A stretch of 30,970 nucleotides of DNA from NCBI GenBank assembly GCA_964488395.1, contig CAZAVT010000002.1:1-30970 (forward strand), written 5' to 3'. The translations under genes were made by a program, and so were the position numbers. This DNA is from an uncultured Burkholderiaceae bacterium. GTDB taxonomy: Bacteria > Pseudomonadota > Gammaproteobacteria > Burkholderiales > Burkholderiaceae_E. Shown one piece after another: positions 8,399 to 17,380 of the stretch. Position 1 is the stretch's first letter. Each line of letters starts with the position of its first letter. Below the pieces are notes generated by a model that did no database searches, had not been told where the DNA came from, and saw only the letters and a list, made by a program, of their open reading frames with translations.

Positions 8399-9738
8399 GA
8401 GTGTGCTCCTTGTTCGTGAAGGTCAACCGGCTCAATGACGGCTCGCCGCTGGTGCAAGCGCCCCAGCCATAAACCAAGCGCAGCCCACACGAGCGCCAAG
8501 GGCAGCGCAAGACTGATCAATGCAGCCAGTCCCATGCCGAGTCGGCCCAGCAGGCCCTCGGTCTGCGCGCCAATGACATCGCCTGCGCGATAGATGAAGG
8601 TGTCGATGAACGCCTTGGCCTTGTAGCGTTCGGACCGCGACACCGTGGTGAAGAGGGTCTCGCGCGCCGGGCGCATGATCCCCCGCTGCACCGCCTTGAA
8701 AAGCGCTTCGAAGGCGATCAGGACCGCCAGCGAACCCACCAGCGCAAGGCCCACAAAACCAAGTGCCGTGATCATTGGCAAGAGCGCCAGCGTCACCGCG
8801 AGCCCAGCCCGCTTCATCAGGTGGCCAGCGACCAGCGCCTGCAGGACCAAGGTGGTGATCTGCGTGATCAGATCGATCTGCGCGAAAACGGTGGTGCGCA
8901 GATCAAGGTTCGTGCCGAGCGCCGCCACCATCTGCAGACGGGTGAAATACAGGAAGGTCGAAATGACCGCAAGGATCAGTACGTAAGCGCAGATCCCCAG
9001 GAGAAACGGCGACGACAGCACCGCCCTGAACCCCTCCCAGGCACTGCCACCGATCGGTGCCCGGTCGGGATGGTCGGGCTCCGAGGCGGTGGGTGTCGCT
9101 CGCTCGGGTTCGGGATGTGCCGGCTCGGAATCGCTACGAATCCGCATCAGCGCAGCTGCCGCGGCAAGTCCCAGCACAAGAAAGCCGGCTGCGATTGGCA
9201 GTAACGTGGCGGTCCCCAGCGGCTTGGCCAGCACGCTGGCAAGCCAGGGGCCGAAAATGGCTCCCAGGGTTCCACCGACCGCGATCGCCCCGAACAGCCG
9301 CCGACTTTGCTCCTCAGAAAATCGATCGGTCATCAGCGCCCAGAACAGCATCGTCGCGAACAGATTGAACACGCTGAACCAGACGTAAAACACCTGACCG
9401 CTCGCCGCGCCCGCCCCCGCAGGCGCAAAGGTGAGAAGCGCATAAAAAGCGAGCAAGCCGGCGACGAAAAAGAGGTAGGTGGCCGACACGAAGACCATGC
9501 GCCGCAAGCGGCTGACCAGCCAGCCAAACACCGGATTGACAGCGAGCGTCACCAACAAGGTTCCGAAAAAGAGCCAGCGGATCGCCTCGATCCCGCGTTG
9601 CATGCCGAGCGCTTCTCGTGCAGGACGCAACAACATCAGAGCGGTGAGCACGCAGAAAAAGAAGCAGGCCCCAAGCAATAGCGGCGCAAGCTCGCCACGG
9701 CGAACATTGGTCAAGCGCTGAACGAGGCTCGGCAACAT
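8395..9738 (-). CDS. NTT/TLC (ATP:ADP antiporter, AAA family) MFS-fold transporter
   Basis: Multiple hydrophobic segments with family motifs LLRPAREALG, FYVWFSVFNLF..MLFW, RLFG.IA.GGTLGAI.GP and RPARETLFT.V...ERYKAKAFIDTF.YR.GD. Stop overlaps the AKR ATG. Confidence 0.88.
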   Translation of the reverse strand: MLPSLVQRLTNVRRGELAPLLLGACFFFCVLTALMLLRPAREALGMQRGIEAIRWLFFGTLLVTLAVNPVFGWLVSRLRRMVFVSATYLFFVAGLLAFYALLTFAPAGAGAASGQVFYVWFSVFNLFATMLFWALMTDRFSEEQSRRLFGAIAVGGTLGAIFGPWLASVLAKPLGTATLLPIAAGFLVLGLAAAAALMRIRSDSEPAHPEPERATPTASEPDHPDRAPIGGSAWEGFRAVLSSPFLLGICAYVLILAVISTFLYFTRLQMVAALGTNLDLRTTVFAQIDLITQITTLVLQALVAGHLMKRAGLAVTLALLPMITALGFVGLALVGSLAVLIAFEALFKAVQRGIMRPARETLFTTVSRSERYKAKAFIDTFIYRAGDVIGAQTEGLLGRLGMGLAALISLALPLALVWAALGLWLGRLHQRRAVIEPVDLHEQGAHS

Positions 9739-9748
9739 GTTAGAGCTC

Positions 9749-11686
9749 TCACGCGGGAAGTGCGGGGCGATTCGGCAAGCTCAGGCAAAACACGATCTCC
9801 GATCCCCTGATCTCGCAGGTCAATTCACCACCCAGCAGTCGGGCGGCATTTTGAGACAACCACAGTCCCAGGCCAGCACCCCGACGGCTGCCCGCATGGG
9901 GATCCCGCCAGTATTTGTCGAAGACCCGTGCCGGGTCAACCGCCGCATGTGCCGACAGACGATTGGCGATTGTGAACCGTACCCCGCCGTCGGACGATTG
10001 GAGGGGCTCCGCATCGATCGCGATCGACGAGCCGCGTTCCCGGTAACGATCAGCATTCTCGACCAGGTTGGACAGGATCAGTTCGACATAGGTCCAGTCC
10101 TGGGTGAGCGCCAGGTCTGGACTCACGCGAATCGACAGATCGGAGCACCCGATTCGCTCGATGAGCTCATCCAGGCGTGAGGCAAAGTGCTCTGAACTCG
10201 ATTCAGGCCGGAAGTCCTGCTCGAAGCGCCTGGCCGCCTGGACCTTGTCGAGCACCGCCGAGGCCGAACGCAGGGCCGAGCCCGCGCGAGCGAGCGAGGT
10301 CGCGATTTCGGGGTCCTCGTTGAAGCGTTGCCGCGGCCGCTCAGGAGCCGAGCCCTGTGTTGCTGGCGCCTGGGCGCTCGCATAGTCGCCGCCTTGCAAG
10401 CGTCGAATCACGAGACTCGCAATGCCCAACGCATTGCGCAGTTCATGGGTGAGCATCGCGAGAAATCGATCGTATTCCTGATTCTGCTCGGCGGTCAGCG
10501 ACAGCTCGCGACGGGCCTGCTCGGAGATCAAACTGAGCCGCTGCCGCTCGAGCAGATCGAGACGGCCCTGGCGGGCGATCACCACGGCAAGAGTGACCGC
10601 AATGATCAGGCCGTGCCCCATCGGCAAATGGATGGCCAATTCCCCTCCGATGCCGCCGCCGAGCACCGGTAGCATCGTGAGCGACAACACGACGAGGAGC
10701 AGTGCGTAAGCCCGCAAGAGGGGTTGGTGATCCGTCACAGCGCGCCGCGAGGAAAAATAGGCGGCCGCCGCCACAGTGACCGACGCCGACATCACCAACC
10801 AGGCGTTTGCCATCAGGGGTAAGCGGGGCTCGATCAGGGCAAGAAGCACAAGGTCGAGTACTGCCCAGACAATGCAGCCATCAAGGAATCGAACAGCCCA
10901 TCGGCCGATGGGGTAGCGAGACAGGAACAGCCGGTGAAAGAGCGAACCCGCCAGGGTCGACAGCAAGACGAAAAGGCTGGTCCAGAGGTCGCTCGTGCCG
11001 CCGGGGAAGACGAAACGGGCAAGACCAGTGATCCCCAATCCCATGCCGGTCAGCGAAAAGAGGTAGATCGAAAACATCACGATGGCCATATCACGGCGGA
11101 TCCAGGCTGTGATCGCAGACCAGAGGGTGAGGAACGCCGTGAGGCCGAAATAGACGCCGAACACGAGGTCCTCAAAGGTCGCCGTACGCTCGCTGTCGGA
11201 TTCGGTGCGCACCTCGGGATAGATCGCCATGGTGCTGCTCGTGCGGACTCGAAGATAGATCGGTCCACCATTGCGGCCATCGAACGAGAGACTGAAGGCA
11301 GTGTCGCTGAAGGCCTTGTCGCCCTTGGGATATCGATCCCCCATCTGGTGGTACGACCAGCCGCCAAGGCCGTCGGGCCAATAAGCCTCGATCTGATCGA
11401 GATAGACCGGTCGGATCCGCAAGCGCAGCGTCTCAGCCGGTGCATGGGGAGCCAGGTCGATGCGAACCCACACCGCCGACGCGGTGAAGCCCAGGCTCAC
11501 ATAGTCGGAAACGGTTCGCCAATCATCACGCTGGCGAACGGCGTCGATAGAGCGTTCGCTTCCCGACTCCTGAAGGATCGACAGGCGTTCGATCCAGTTG
11601 TGGGCAAGGGCCGATGGCGCCGCCCCCCAGGCCAACATGACGAGCAGGGCGACCAAACAACCACGCATCCAAGCCGTGCAGGCCAT
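9749..11686 (-). CDS. Sensor histidine kinase with 7TMR-DISMED2 and 7TM-DISM input domains
   Basis: Periplasmic LGFTASAVWVRI...LRIRPVYLDQIEAY...YLRVRTSSTM, a 7-TM region, H-box FLAMLTHELRN, N-box ILSNLVENADRY and G2 GAGLGLWL. Start is ATG 11686, or TTG 11836 overlapping the benE stop. Confidence 0.88.
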   Translation of the reverse strand: MACTAWMRGCLVALLVMLAWGAAPSALAHNWIERLSILQESGSERSIDAVRQRDDWRTVSDYVSLGFTASAVWVRIDLAPHAPAETLRLRIRPVYLDQIEAYWPDGLGGWSYHQMGDRYPKGDKAFSDTAFSLSFDGRNGGPIYLRVRTSSTMAIYPEVRTESDSERTATFEDLVFGVYFGLTAFLTLWSAITAWIRRDMAIVMFSIYLFSLTGMGLGITGLARFVFPGGTSDLWTSLFVLLSTLAGSLFHRLFLSRYPIGRWAVRFLDGCIVWAVLDLVLLALIEPRLPLMANAWLVMSASVTVAAAAYFSSRRAVTDHQPLLRAYALLLVVLSLTMLPVLGGGIGGELAIHLPMGHGLIIAVTLAVVIARQGRLDLLERQRLSLISEQARRELSLTAEQNQEYDRFLAMLTHELRNALGIASLVIRRLQGGDYASAQAPATQGSAPERPRQRFNEDPEIATSLARAGSALRSASAVLDKVQAARRFEQDFRPESSSEHFASRLDELIERIGCSDLSIRVSPDLALTQDWTYVELILSNLVENADRYRERGSSIAIDAEPLQSSDGGVRFTIANRLSAHAAVDPARVFDKYWRDPHAGSRRGAGLGLWLSQNAARLLGGELTCEIRGSEIVFCLSLPNRPALPA

Positions 11687-11832
11687 CGTGAACCGATCCA
11701 GGCTGGAAAGCTTCTCCGGTATTGCGCCCACGCGAACCGACCTATTTCGTCCTCCAAACGCGTCAGTGTAAAGGGAGTCGGCCGCCCGCGTCCTGCCGGG
11801 CCAGGATAGGCGAGAAGCCCGCAGCAGGGGGC

Positions 11833-12987
11833 TCAACGCCGAAGCAGGCGTCGACTGATCGCACTCGCTGCGACGCCGGCCACCAGCCCCCAGAACGCGC
11901 TGCCAATCCCGAAGAGCGTGAGTCCCGCCGCCGTGCAGAGAAACGTGAGCAACGCCGCATCGCGTTCAGCCGGCTCCTCGAAGGCGCTGACCAAACTGCC
12001 CGAGAGCGTCCCCAGGAGGGCGATTCCCGCCATCGCGGCCAGGAATGCCGGCGGCAGCGCCGCGAAGGCGGTGACGACCGTCAAACCCAGGAGCCCGGTC
12101 ACCGCATAAAAGCCACCTGCCCAGACGGCTGCCCGATAACGCCGCTCCTTGACCGGGTCAGCCTCGGGCGACATGCAGATCGCCGCGGTGATGGCCGCAA
12201 GGTTGTATGCAAATCCGCCAAACGGGGCGAGCACGAGCCCGACAAACCCGGTCACGGCAATCGGCGGCGAAGCGGGCGTGTCATAGCCATTGGCGCGCAG
12301 CACGGCAAGCCCCGGGACATTCTGCGACGCCATGGTGACCAAAAAAAGGGGCAGACCGATACCGATGAGATGGCTCCCGGTGAAGGTCGGCGTGGTCCAG
12401 ATCGGCCGTGCGACGTCGAACACGATCACACTGCTGCGGACTTCGCCCTGGAAGGCACAGAACAGGATACCGATGGCAAGACTCGCGAGCGCCGCAAAAT
12501 TTGGCTGCCAGCGCCGACCCAGGACCCAAACCCCCAGCATCAGCAGCGCCAGCCCCAGCGCATCGGCGAGCGTCGAAAAGAGCTGCAGCCCGAACCTCAG
12601 CAACACGCCGGCGAGCATCGCCGCCGCAACGGCTCGGGGCACCCAGCGAAGCAGAACCTCGATCCATCCAAGGAGCCCGAACAGCGTGAGCAGGAGCGAC
12701 GAAAACAGGAACACCCCGATCGCATCGCTGAGCGCTACGCCGGGCAGCGCCGTTGCAAGGAGCGCCGCGCCCGCAGTGGACCAGGCCGTGAGCACGGGCG
12801 CGCGGTAGTACCAGGAGAGACCGATCGACGTCACAGCCATCCCGATCCCGAGCGCCCACAACCAGGAGCCCACTTGAGCGATTGAAGCGCCCGCCGCGTT
12901 CGCCGCTTGAACGACGATCACCGCGGAGCTGGCATAGCCCACCAGCACCGCGATGAAGCCCGCGCTGACATGTGCCCCGCGAATCAT
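11833..12987 (-). CDS. benE: BenE family benzoate/H+ symporter
   Basis: SAGFIAVLVGYASS, APVLTAWSTAGAALL, LPLFLVTMASQNVPG.AVLRANGY, NLAAITAAIC, ALLTFLCTAAG and IGSAFWG. GAGGA RBS before ATG 12987. Confidence 0.93.
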   Translation of the reverse strand: MIRGAHVSAGFIAVLVGYASSAVIVVQAANAAGASIAQVGSWLWALGIGMAVTSIGLSWYYRAPVLTAWSTAGAALLATALPGVALSDAIGVFLFSSLLLTLFGLLGWIEVLLRWVPRAVAAAMLAGVLLRFGLQLFSTLADALGLALLMLGVWVLGRRWQPNFAALASLAIGILFCAFQGEVRSSVIVFDVARPIWTTPTFTGSHLIGIGLPLFLVTMASQNVPGLAVLRANGYDTPASPPIAVTGFVGLVLAPFGGFAYNLAAITAAICMSPEADPVKERRYRAAVWAGGFYAVTGLLGLTVVTAFAALPPAFLAAMAGIALLGTLSGSLVSAFEEPAERDAALLTFLCTAAGLTLFGIGSAFWGLVAGVAASAISRRLLRR

Positions 12988-12998
12988 GGGCGAGGTCC

Positions 12999-14048
12999 TC
13001 ACTCCATCTTGATCCCAGTGGCGATCAGCCGTGCCCACTTATCGGCTTCGGCGCGCATGAGCTGCGCAAACTCGGCGGGTGTCTTGCTGTAAGTTGGGTC
13101 GGCGCCCCAAGTCTTCCAGCGCTCGAGGACCTCATCGCTTCGCATGATCTGCACGATTTCGCGATGAACTCGCGCGATGATCGCTTCGGACGTCCCGGCC
13201 GGCGCGACGAATCCGTACCAAGGGGTGACCTCGTAACCCCTGAGACCGCCCTCGGCCACGCTGGGCAACTCGGGCGCACTGGCGGTGCGTTCCAGGCTGG
13301 TCACGCCGATCGCCTTCACCTTGCCGCTTGCCGCGCGGGGCAACGCGATCGGAGCCCCGGCAAACACGAAATGCACCCGACCAGCAGTGAGGTCATTGAG
13401 CGCCTCGTTGATGCCCCGATACGGCACGTGCACGGACTGGAGTCCAGCCATCTGATTGAAGAGGGCCGCCGCCAGGTGGGTCAGACTGCCATTGCCTGAA
13501 GTCCCGTAATTGACCGCTCCAGGCCGGTTGGCGATGTACGCGGCAAGCTCGCGTGAACTCGCAACGGGCAGCTCGGGCGAGGTCAACAGCACCAGCGGAA
13601 AACTGCCAACCAGCGAGACCGGCGCGAAATCACGCAAGTTGTCCTCGGGCGACCGACTGCCCTGTCCCGAAGCAATGAGCATCGATGAGGCCGCGAGCAG
13701 AAAGGTGTAGCCGTCCGATGGCGATTTGGCCACCAGATTGGCGCCGATCGTGAGGCTCGCACCAGGCTTGTTGTCGATCACGACGGCCTGCCCGAGCGGG
13801 CCGGCAAGCTTGGTTGCGACAAAGCGGCCCAGCAGATCGGCCGGCCCGCCCGGTGTATACGGAATCACCAAGCGAATCGCCCGATCCGGGTAGGTGGACT
13901 GGCCGAGCGCGCAAAGCGGCGCGGTCAGCGTCAGGCCGGTCGCGAGTGAGGCGGCCAGGAGGCCTGCCCTGCAGGACGCGCCAAAGGGCGGGCGGGCCCA
14001 GTCCCTAACCCGCACCTTCAGAGCCGCGCGAGGGAGTCGATCCTTCAT
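12999..14048 (-). CDS. Bug/TctC substrate-binding protein (Bug 3)
   Basis: YPDRAIRLVIPYTPGGPAD, IDNKPGA, DGYT, HVPYRG and KWARLI. Confidence 0.94.
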   Translation of the reverse strand: MKDRLPRAALKVRVRDWARPPFGASCRAGLLAASLATGLTLTAPLCALGQSTYPDRAIRLVIPYTPGGPADLLGRFVATKLAGPLGQAVVIDNKPGASLTIGANLVAKSPSDGYTFLLAASSMLIASGQGSRSPEDNLRDFAPVSLVGSFPLVLLTSPELPVASSRELAAYIANRPGAVNYGTSGNGSLTHLAAALFNQMAGLQSVHVPYRGINEALNDLTAGRVHFVFAGAPIALPRAASGKVKAIGVTSLERTASAPELPSVAEGGLRGYEVTPWYGFVAPAGTSEAIIARVHREIVQIMRSDEVLERWKTWGADPTYSKTPAEFAQLMRAEADKWARLIATGIKME

Positions 14049-14059
14049 ACCCACCCCCT

Positions 14060-14887
14060 TCAGTCGGCCGTCGAAAAAAGCCGCGACACGCCGTAAAGCT
14101 CAGTCAATTCCTTGACTCGATACCGCGGCGGCATCGCATGATAGTAGCCTCGGGTACAGCGGCTGATGCCTAACTGCCGACGGAGGTCGGCGAGTACCTC
14201 GGCCGTCTTGAGGGTCGCGGCCACCCCATCGAGGATCGGCACATCGTCCACCCTCGAAATGCCCGCCCGCTGCAGCATCACGCTCATAGGCGCCTCGCCT
14301 GGAATGATCACGTCAGCCCCCTGCGCGATCAGCGCGCGGGCATTTTCAAAAAAGATCTCGAGGATGTCCTGCGGCGCCTGCCGGGTCGGCAAGACCGAGG
14401 AGGACGGGAACCCCACATAGCGCAGCCCCGCGCAGCGGCCCGTGAGGCCGTGAATCGCGATATTGCTCTCGAGCATTGGGATCATCTCGCGGATGAAGAG
14501 CAGCACGCCAAAGCGGGTGCCAAGGTGGACCGCCATGTTCATGGCGCATTCGCCGTAACCCACGACCGGAATCGAGACCAGGCTCTTGATCTCGCGTAGG
14601 CCGGGTTCGGGTAAGGTCGCGAGCGCAAAAGCATCGTAGCCCTGTTCTTCAGCAAGGATCGCCGCATAGGCGAACTGATGCGAGTGAATGGACTGAAAGT
14701 AGGCATAACCGACATCAGTGCTCGGGCCATCACCCTTGCGGTGGCCGTGAGTGCCCGGATGCGTACCATGTACGACCACCTCGGTGTCGTCACGAACCAC
14801 CTTCCGAATGTGCTCGCGCAGCGACGCGTCGTACTCAGGCACGCGGGCCAAGGTGGTAAAGCTCTGATGCCAGATGCGGGTCTTCAT
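14060..14887 (-). CDS. Asp/Glu/hydantoin racemase superfamily protein lacking both canonical catalytic Cys
   Basis: GYDAFALATLPEPGL...IPVVGYGE, FGVL, GADVIIPGEAPM and VPILDGVAATLKTAE align with the hydantoin racemase pattern (ACxGDPG, GCAGM, PVIDGV). Confidence 0.82.
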   Translation of the reverse strand: MKTRIWHQSFTTLARVPEYDASLREHIRKVVRDDTEVVVHGTHPGTHGHRKGDGPSTDVGYAYFQSIHSHQFAYAAILAEEQGYDAFALATLPEPGLREIKSLVSIPVVGYGECAMNMAVHLGTRFGVLLFIREMIPMLESNIAIHGLTGRCAGLRYVGFPSSSVLPTRQAPQDILEIFFENARALIAQGADVIIPGEAPMSVMLQRAGISRVDDVPILDGVAATLKTAEVLADLRRQLGISRCTRGYYHAMPPRYRVKELTELYGVSRLFSTAD

Positions 14888-14916
14888 GAAAATTCCTCAG
14901 GGTCTGCAAAAGAGAT

Positions 14917-16311
14917 TCAGGCGAGTCGTCGCAGGCCACGAGACAGTAGGCCGATGCGGGCCTGCTCGGTCGCTGGAACGGGAACCGGGACCTCAGCCGC
15001 CGGCAGCAATCGCTCGACCACCGACGCGCCGTCGTGCTCAGCACCCGCAAATGCAAGGCAGTCGGCCGCCTTGCGGCGCAATTCCTCATCGGTGAGAGGG
15101 TCGGGCGCATCGCCGTGGGCGACCTGAACACGGCGCGCAAGGCGCCGACCGTCCCTCAGATACACCGTCACCTCGCTCCAGCGCGGCAGAACCGGACCCT
15201 CGGCTTCGGTGAGCGAGATGATCCGCATCAGGGCCATCACCTCAGCGCGTCCGAAGGCCTGCGGCCGATAGGATTCAAGATCCACCCGCCCGTCGATCAA
15301 GCCCAAGGCCAGTGTGTAGGGCAGGCTGAACTTGCCCTGCAGGCTGTCGAGCGGCTCGCCCCCGATGAGCGCCTCGCGGCCGCGCGCGCTCGTGAGGACT
15401 TCGATGCGCTCGACCTCTCCCACCGCGAACCCGTCATCGACGCGCAGTGCGAGGAGTGCGTCCAGTGCGCGGTGGATCGCGTAGCAACACGGATATTTCT
15501 TGAGATCGATACCGACCCGCTCGATCGCAAGCGGTCGTTCGCCCAAGCGCGCGAGCGCCGGTGCCAGGTCTTCGCCCGCGGCATACAAACGGGTGAATCC
15601 ATAGGGGCCATCGATCGCGCCGGGCGCTGATGTAAAGCCCAAGGCGGCCAGCCGGACGCTCCTCACCGCCGCCGCGGCACAGATGCCGGCCTGAAACGAC
15701 TTGGCCATCGCGCCAAAGTTTTCCCGCGTGCCCGCTGCCTGTGCGACCGCCAGACCCAGCGCATGAATCGTCTGCGCCTCATCAAGATCGAGCAGTACCG
15801 CGCAACCGAGCGTCACCCCGATCACGCCCAGAGCCGAGGTCGAGTGCCAGCCCCGGCTGTAGTGATCGAGCGCGAGCACGGGCGCCATCGCAGCCATGAC
15901 CTCGTAGCCGGCAAGCCAGGCCTGCGGGTAGCGATGCGACAGCGTCGGTTGCGCGCAGGCGAGCGCCTGCAGCGCCGGCACCAAGGTCGCGCTGACATGC
16001 GCACGCATTGGCGTCAGCACATCGTCATAGTCGAACACATGGGCGGCCAAGGCGTTGAACCAGGCGGCCTCCTCGACAGGCAGGCGCGTCCCGTCGCCCC
16101 AGATGTGGGCCGCGCCATGACCGGCCACCTCGTCGAGGTGTCGGCGCGCGATCGCAACCACTGGATCATCGAGTGCCGCGACCGCGACCGCCCAGGTATC
16201 GAGCGCCGCCCGCCAGGCAAAGCGCCGTTCGATTGCACTCGGTGTCAGCCGGCCAAAACGCCGGGCAAACGCGGCCAGTTGGCTTGATGCACCCTCACCC
16301 GCGCGGGACAT
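14917..16311 (-). CDS. MmgE/PrpD family protein (IDS-epimerase / cis-aconitate-decarboxylase-like branch)
   Basis: NALAAHVFDYDD..H, GYEV, HYSRGWHST, KSFQAG, KKYPCC and KFSLPY. ATG 16311 lies 8 nt after the Bug 4 stop. Confidence 0.92.
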   Translation of the reverse strand: MSRAGEGASSQLAAFARRFGRLTPSAIERRFAWRAALDTWAVAVAALDDPVVAIARRHLDEVAGHGAAHIWGDGTRLPVEEAAWFNALAAHVFDYDDVLTPMRAHVSATLVPALQALACAQPTLSHRYPQAWLAGYEVMAAMAPVLALDHYSRGWHSTSALGVIGVTLGCAVLLDLDEAQTIHALGLAVAQAAGTRENFGAMAKSFQAGICAAAAVRSVRLAALGFTSAPGAIDGPYGFTRLYAAGEDLAPALARLGERPLAIERVGIDLKKYPCCYAIHRALDALLALRVDDGFAVGEVERIEVLTSARGREALIGGEPLDSLQGKFSLPYTLALGLIDGRVDLESYRPQAFGRAEVMALMRIISLTEAEGPVLPRWSEVTVYLRDGRRLARRVQVAHGDAPDPLTDEELRRKAADCLAFAGAEHDGASVVERLLPAAEVPVPVPATEQARIGLLSRGLRRLA

Positions 16312-16319
16312 CGTTTCGC

Positions 16320-17342
16320 TCACTCGGCCTTGATGCCAGCCGTTGCGATCACGCCCGCCCATCGGTCGTGCTCGCTGCGGATATAGTCGGCGAGCGCAGC
16401 GGGTGTGGCGCTGGTCATCGGCTCCATGCCCATCGAATCGAGTCGCTTGACGAAGTCGGCCGAATGGACCGCCGCCACGACCGCCTCGTGAAGCCGCCGG
16501 GCGACAGCCTCGGGCATCCTCGCGGGCCCAAGGAGCGCATACCAATTGCCCAGCGTCATGCCCGGCAAGCCCTGTTCGGCCATGGTCGGCACCTCCGGCA
16601 TGCCGGGATGTCGGGTCGGGCTGGTGATCGCAATGGCCCGAAGCCTCCCCTCGCGTACCGGCGCGCTCAAGGCCGCATAGTCAACCGCCATGGCGTGAAC
16701 CCGACCGGCGACCAGATCGGTGATGCCGGGAGCGGCGCCCTTGTAGGGCACGAACCGGACATCGACGCCAGCCACCGTTTTGAACAGTTCGAACACGAGA
16801 CGGGTCGAACCGCCCGTGCCAACGGTCACAAAGTCGAGCTGGCCTGGACGCTCGCGGGCCTGCGCGACGAGCTCGGTGACGCTCCCGACCTTGAGTCCTG
16901 GGCCCACCGCAAACAGGACCGGGCTACTCGCCACAGTGCTGATGCCTGTGAAATCGGTGAGCGGACTGTAGGGCACCTTGGCGTAAGTCAGCGCATTCAG
17001 CACCAGCGACGACAGGCCACCGGCAAGCAGCGTGTAACCATCGGCGGGCGCTTTGGCGACTAGATCCGCCGCGATGATGGCATTGGCCCCCGGTCGGTTC
17101 TCGACCAGCATCTGGACTTTTAGCGCTTCGCCCAGGCTCGCCGCGAGCTGGCGCGCCAGGATATCGTTGGCACCCCCCGGTGGATAACCGACGATCAGGC
17201 GAATCGGGCGGTTGGGATAGCTTTCAGCGAGCGCTGCTGGCGTGGCAAAAACCGCCAAGACCGACGCGAGGACGACAAGCAGTGCGCGTTGCAGCGCGCC
17301 CGGCCATGCGGCGTGCAGGAAGCGATCGATGGGAACGGGCAT
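16320..17342 (-). CDS. Bug/TctC substrate-binding protein (Bug 4)
   Basis: YPNRPIRLIVGYPPGGAND, VENRPGAN, DGYTLL, VPYKG and RWAGVIATAGIKAE. GGAG RBS before ATG 17342. Confidence 0.95.
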   Translation of the reverse strand: MPVPIDRFLHAAWPGALQRALLVVLASVLAVFATPAALAESYPNRPIRLIVGYPPGGANDILARQLAASLGEALKVQMLVENRPGANAIIAADLVAKAPADGYTLLAGGLSSLVLNALTYAKVPYSPLTDFTGISTVASSPVLFAVGPGLKVGSVTELVAQARERPGQLDFVTVGTGGSTRLVFELFKTVAGVDVRFVPYKGAAPGITDLVAGRVHAMAVDYAALSAPVREGRLRAIAITSPTRHPGMPEVPTMAEQGLPGMTLGNWYALLGPARMPEAVARRLHEAVVAAVHSADFVKRLDSMGMEPMTSATPAALADYIRSEHDRWAGVIATAGIKAE

Positions 17343-17380
17343 GGCAGACTCCACAAGAGGCGCAGGGCCGCACGACCGAT

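Noticed and set aside
10934-12885. 291-aa and 387-aa plus-strand ORFs
   Set aside because: Antisense shadows of the kinase and benE with biased, Arg-rich composition.
14917-16311. Iminodisuccinate/EDDS degradation locus
   Set aside because: That route needs a fumarase/aspartase-family C-N lyase, which is not in the window.
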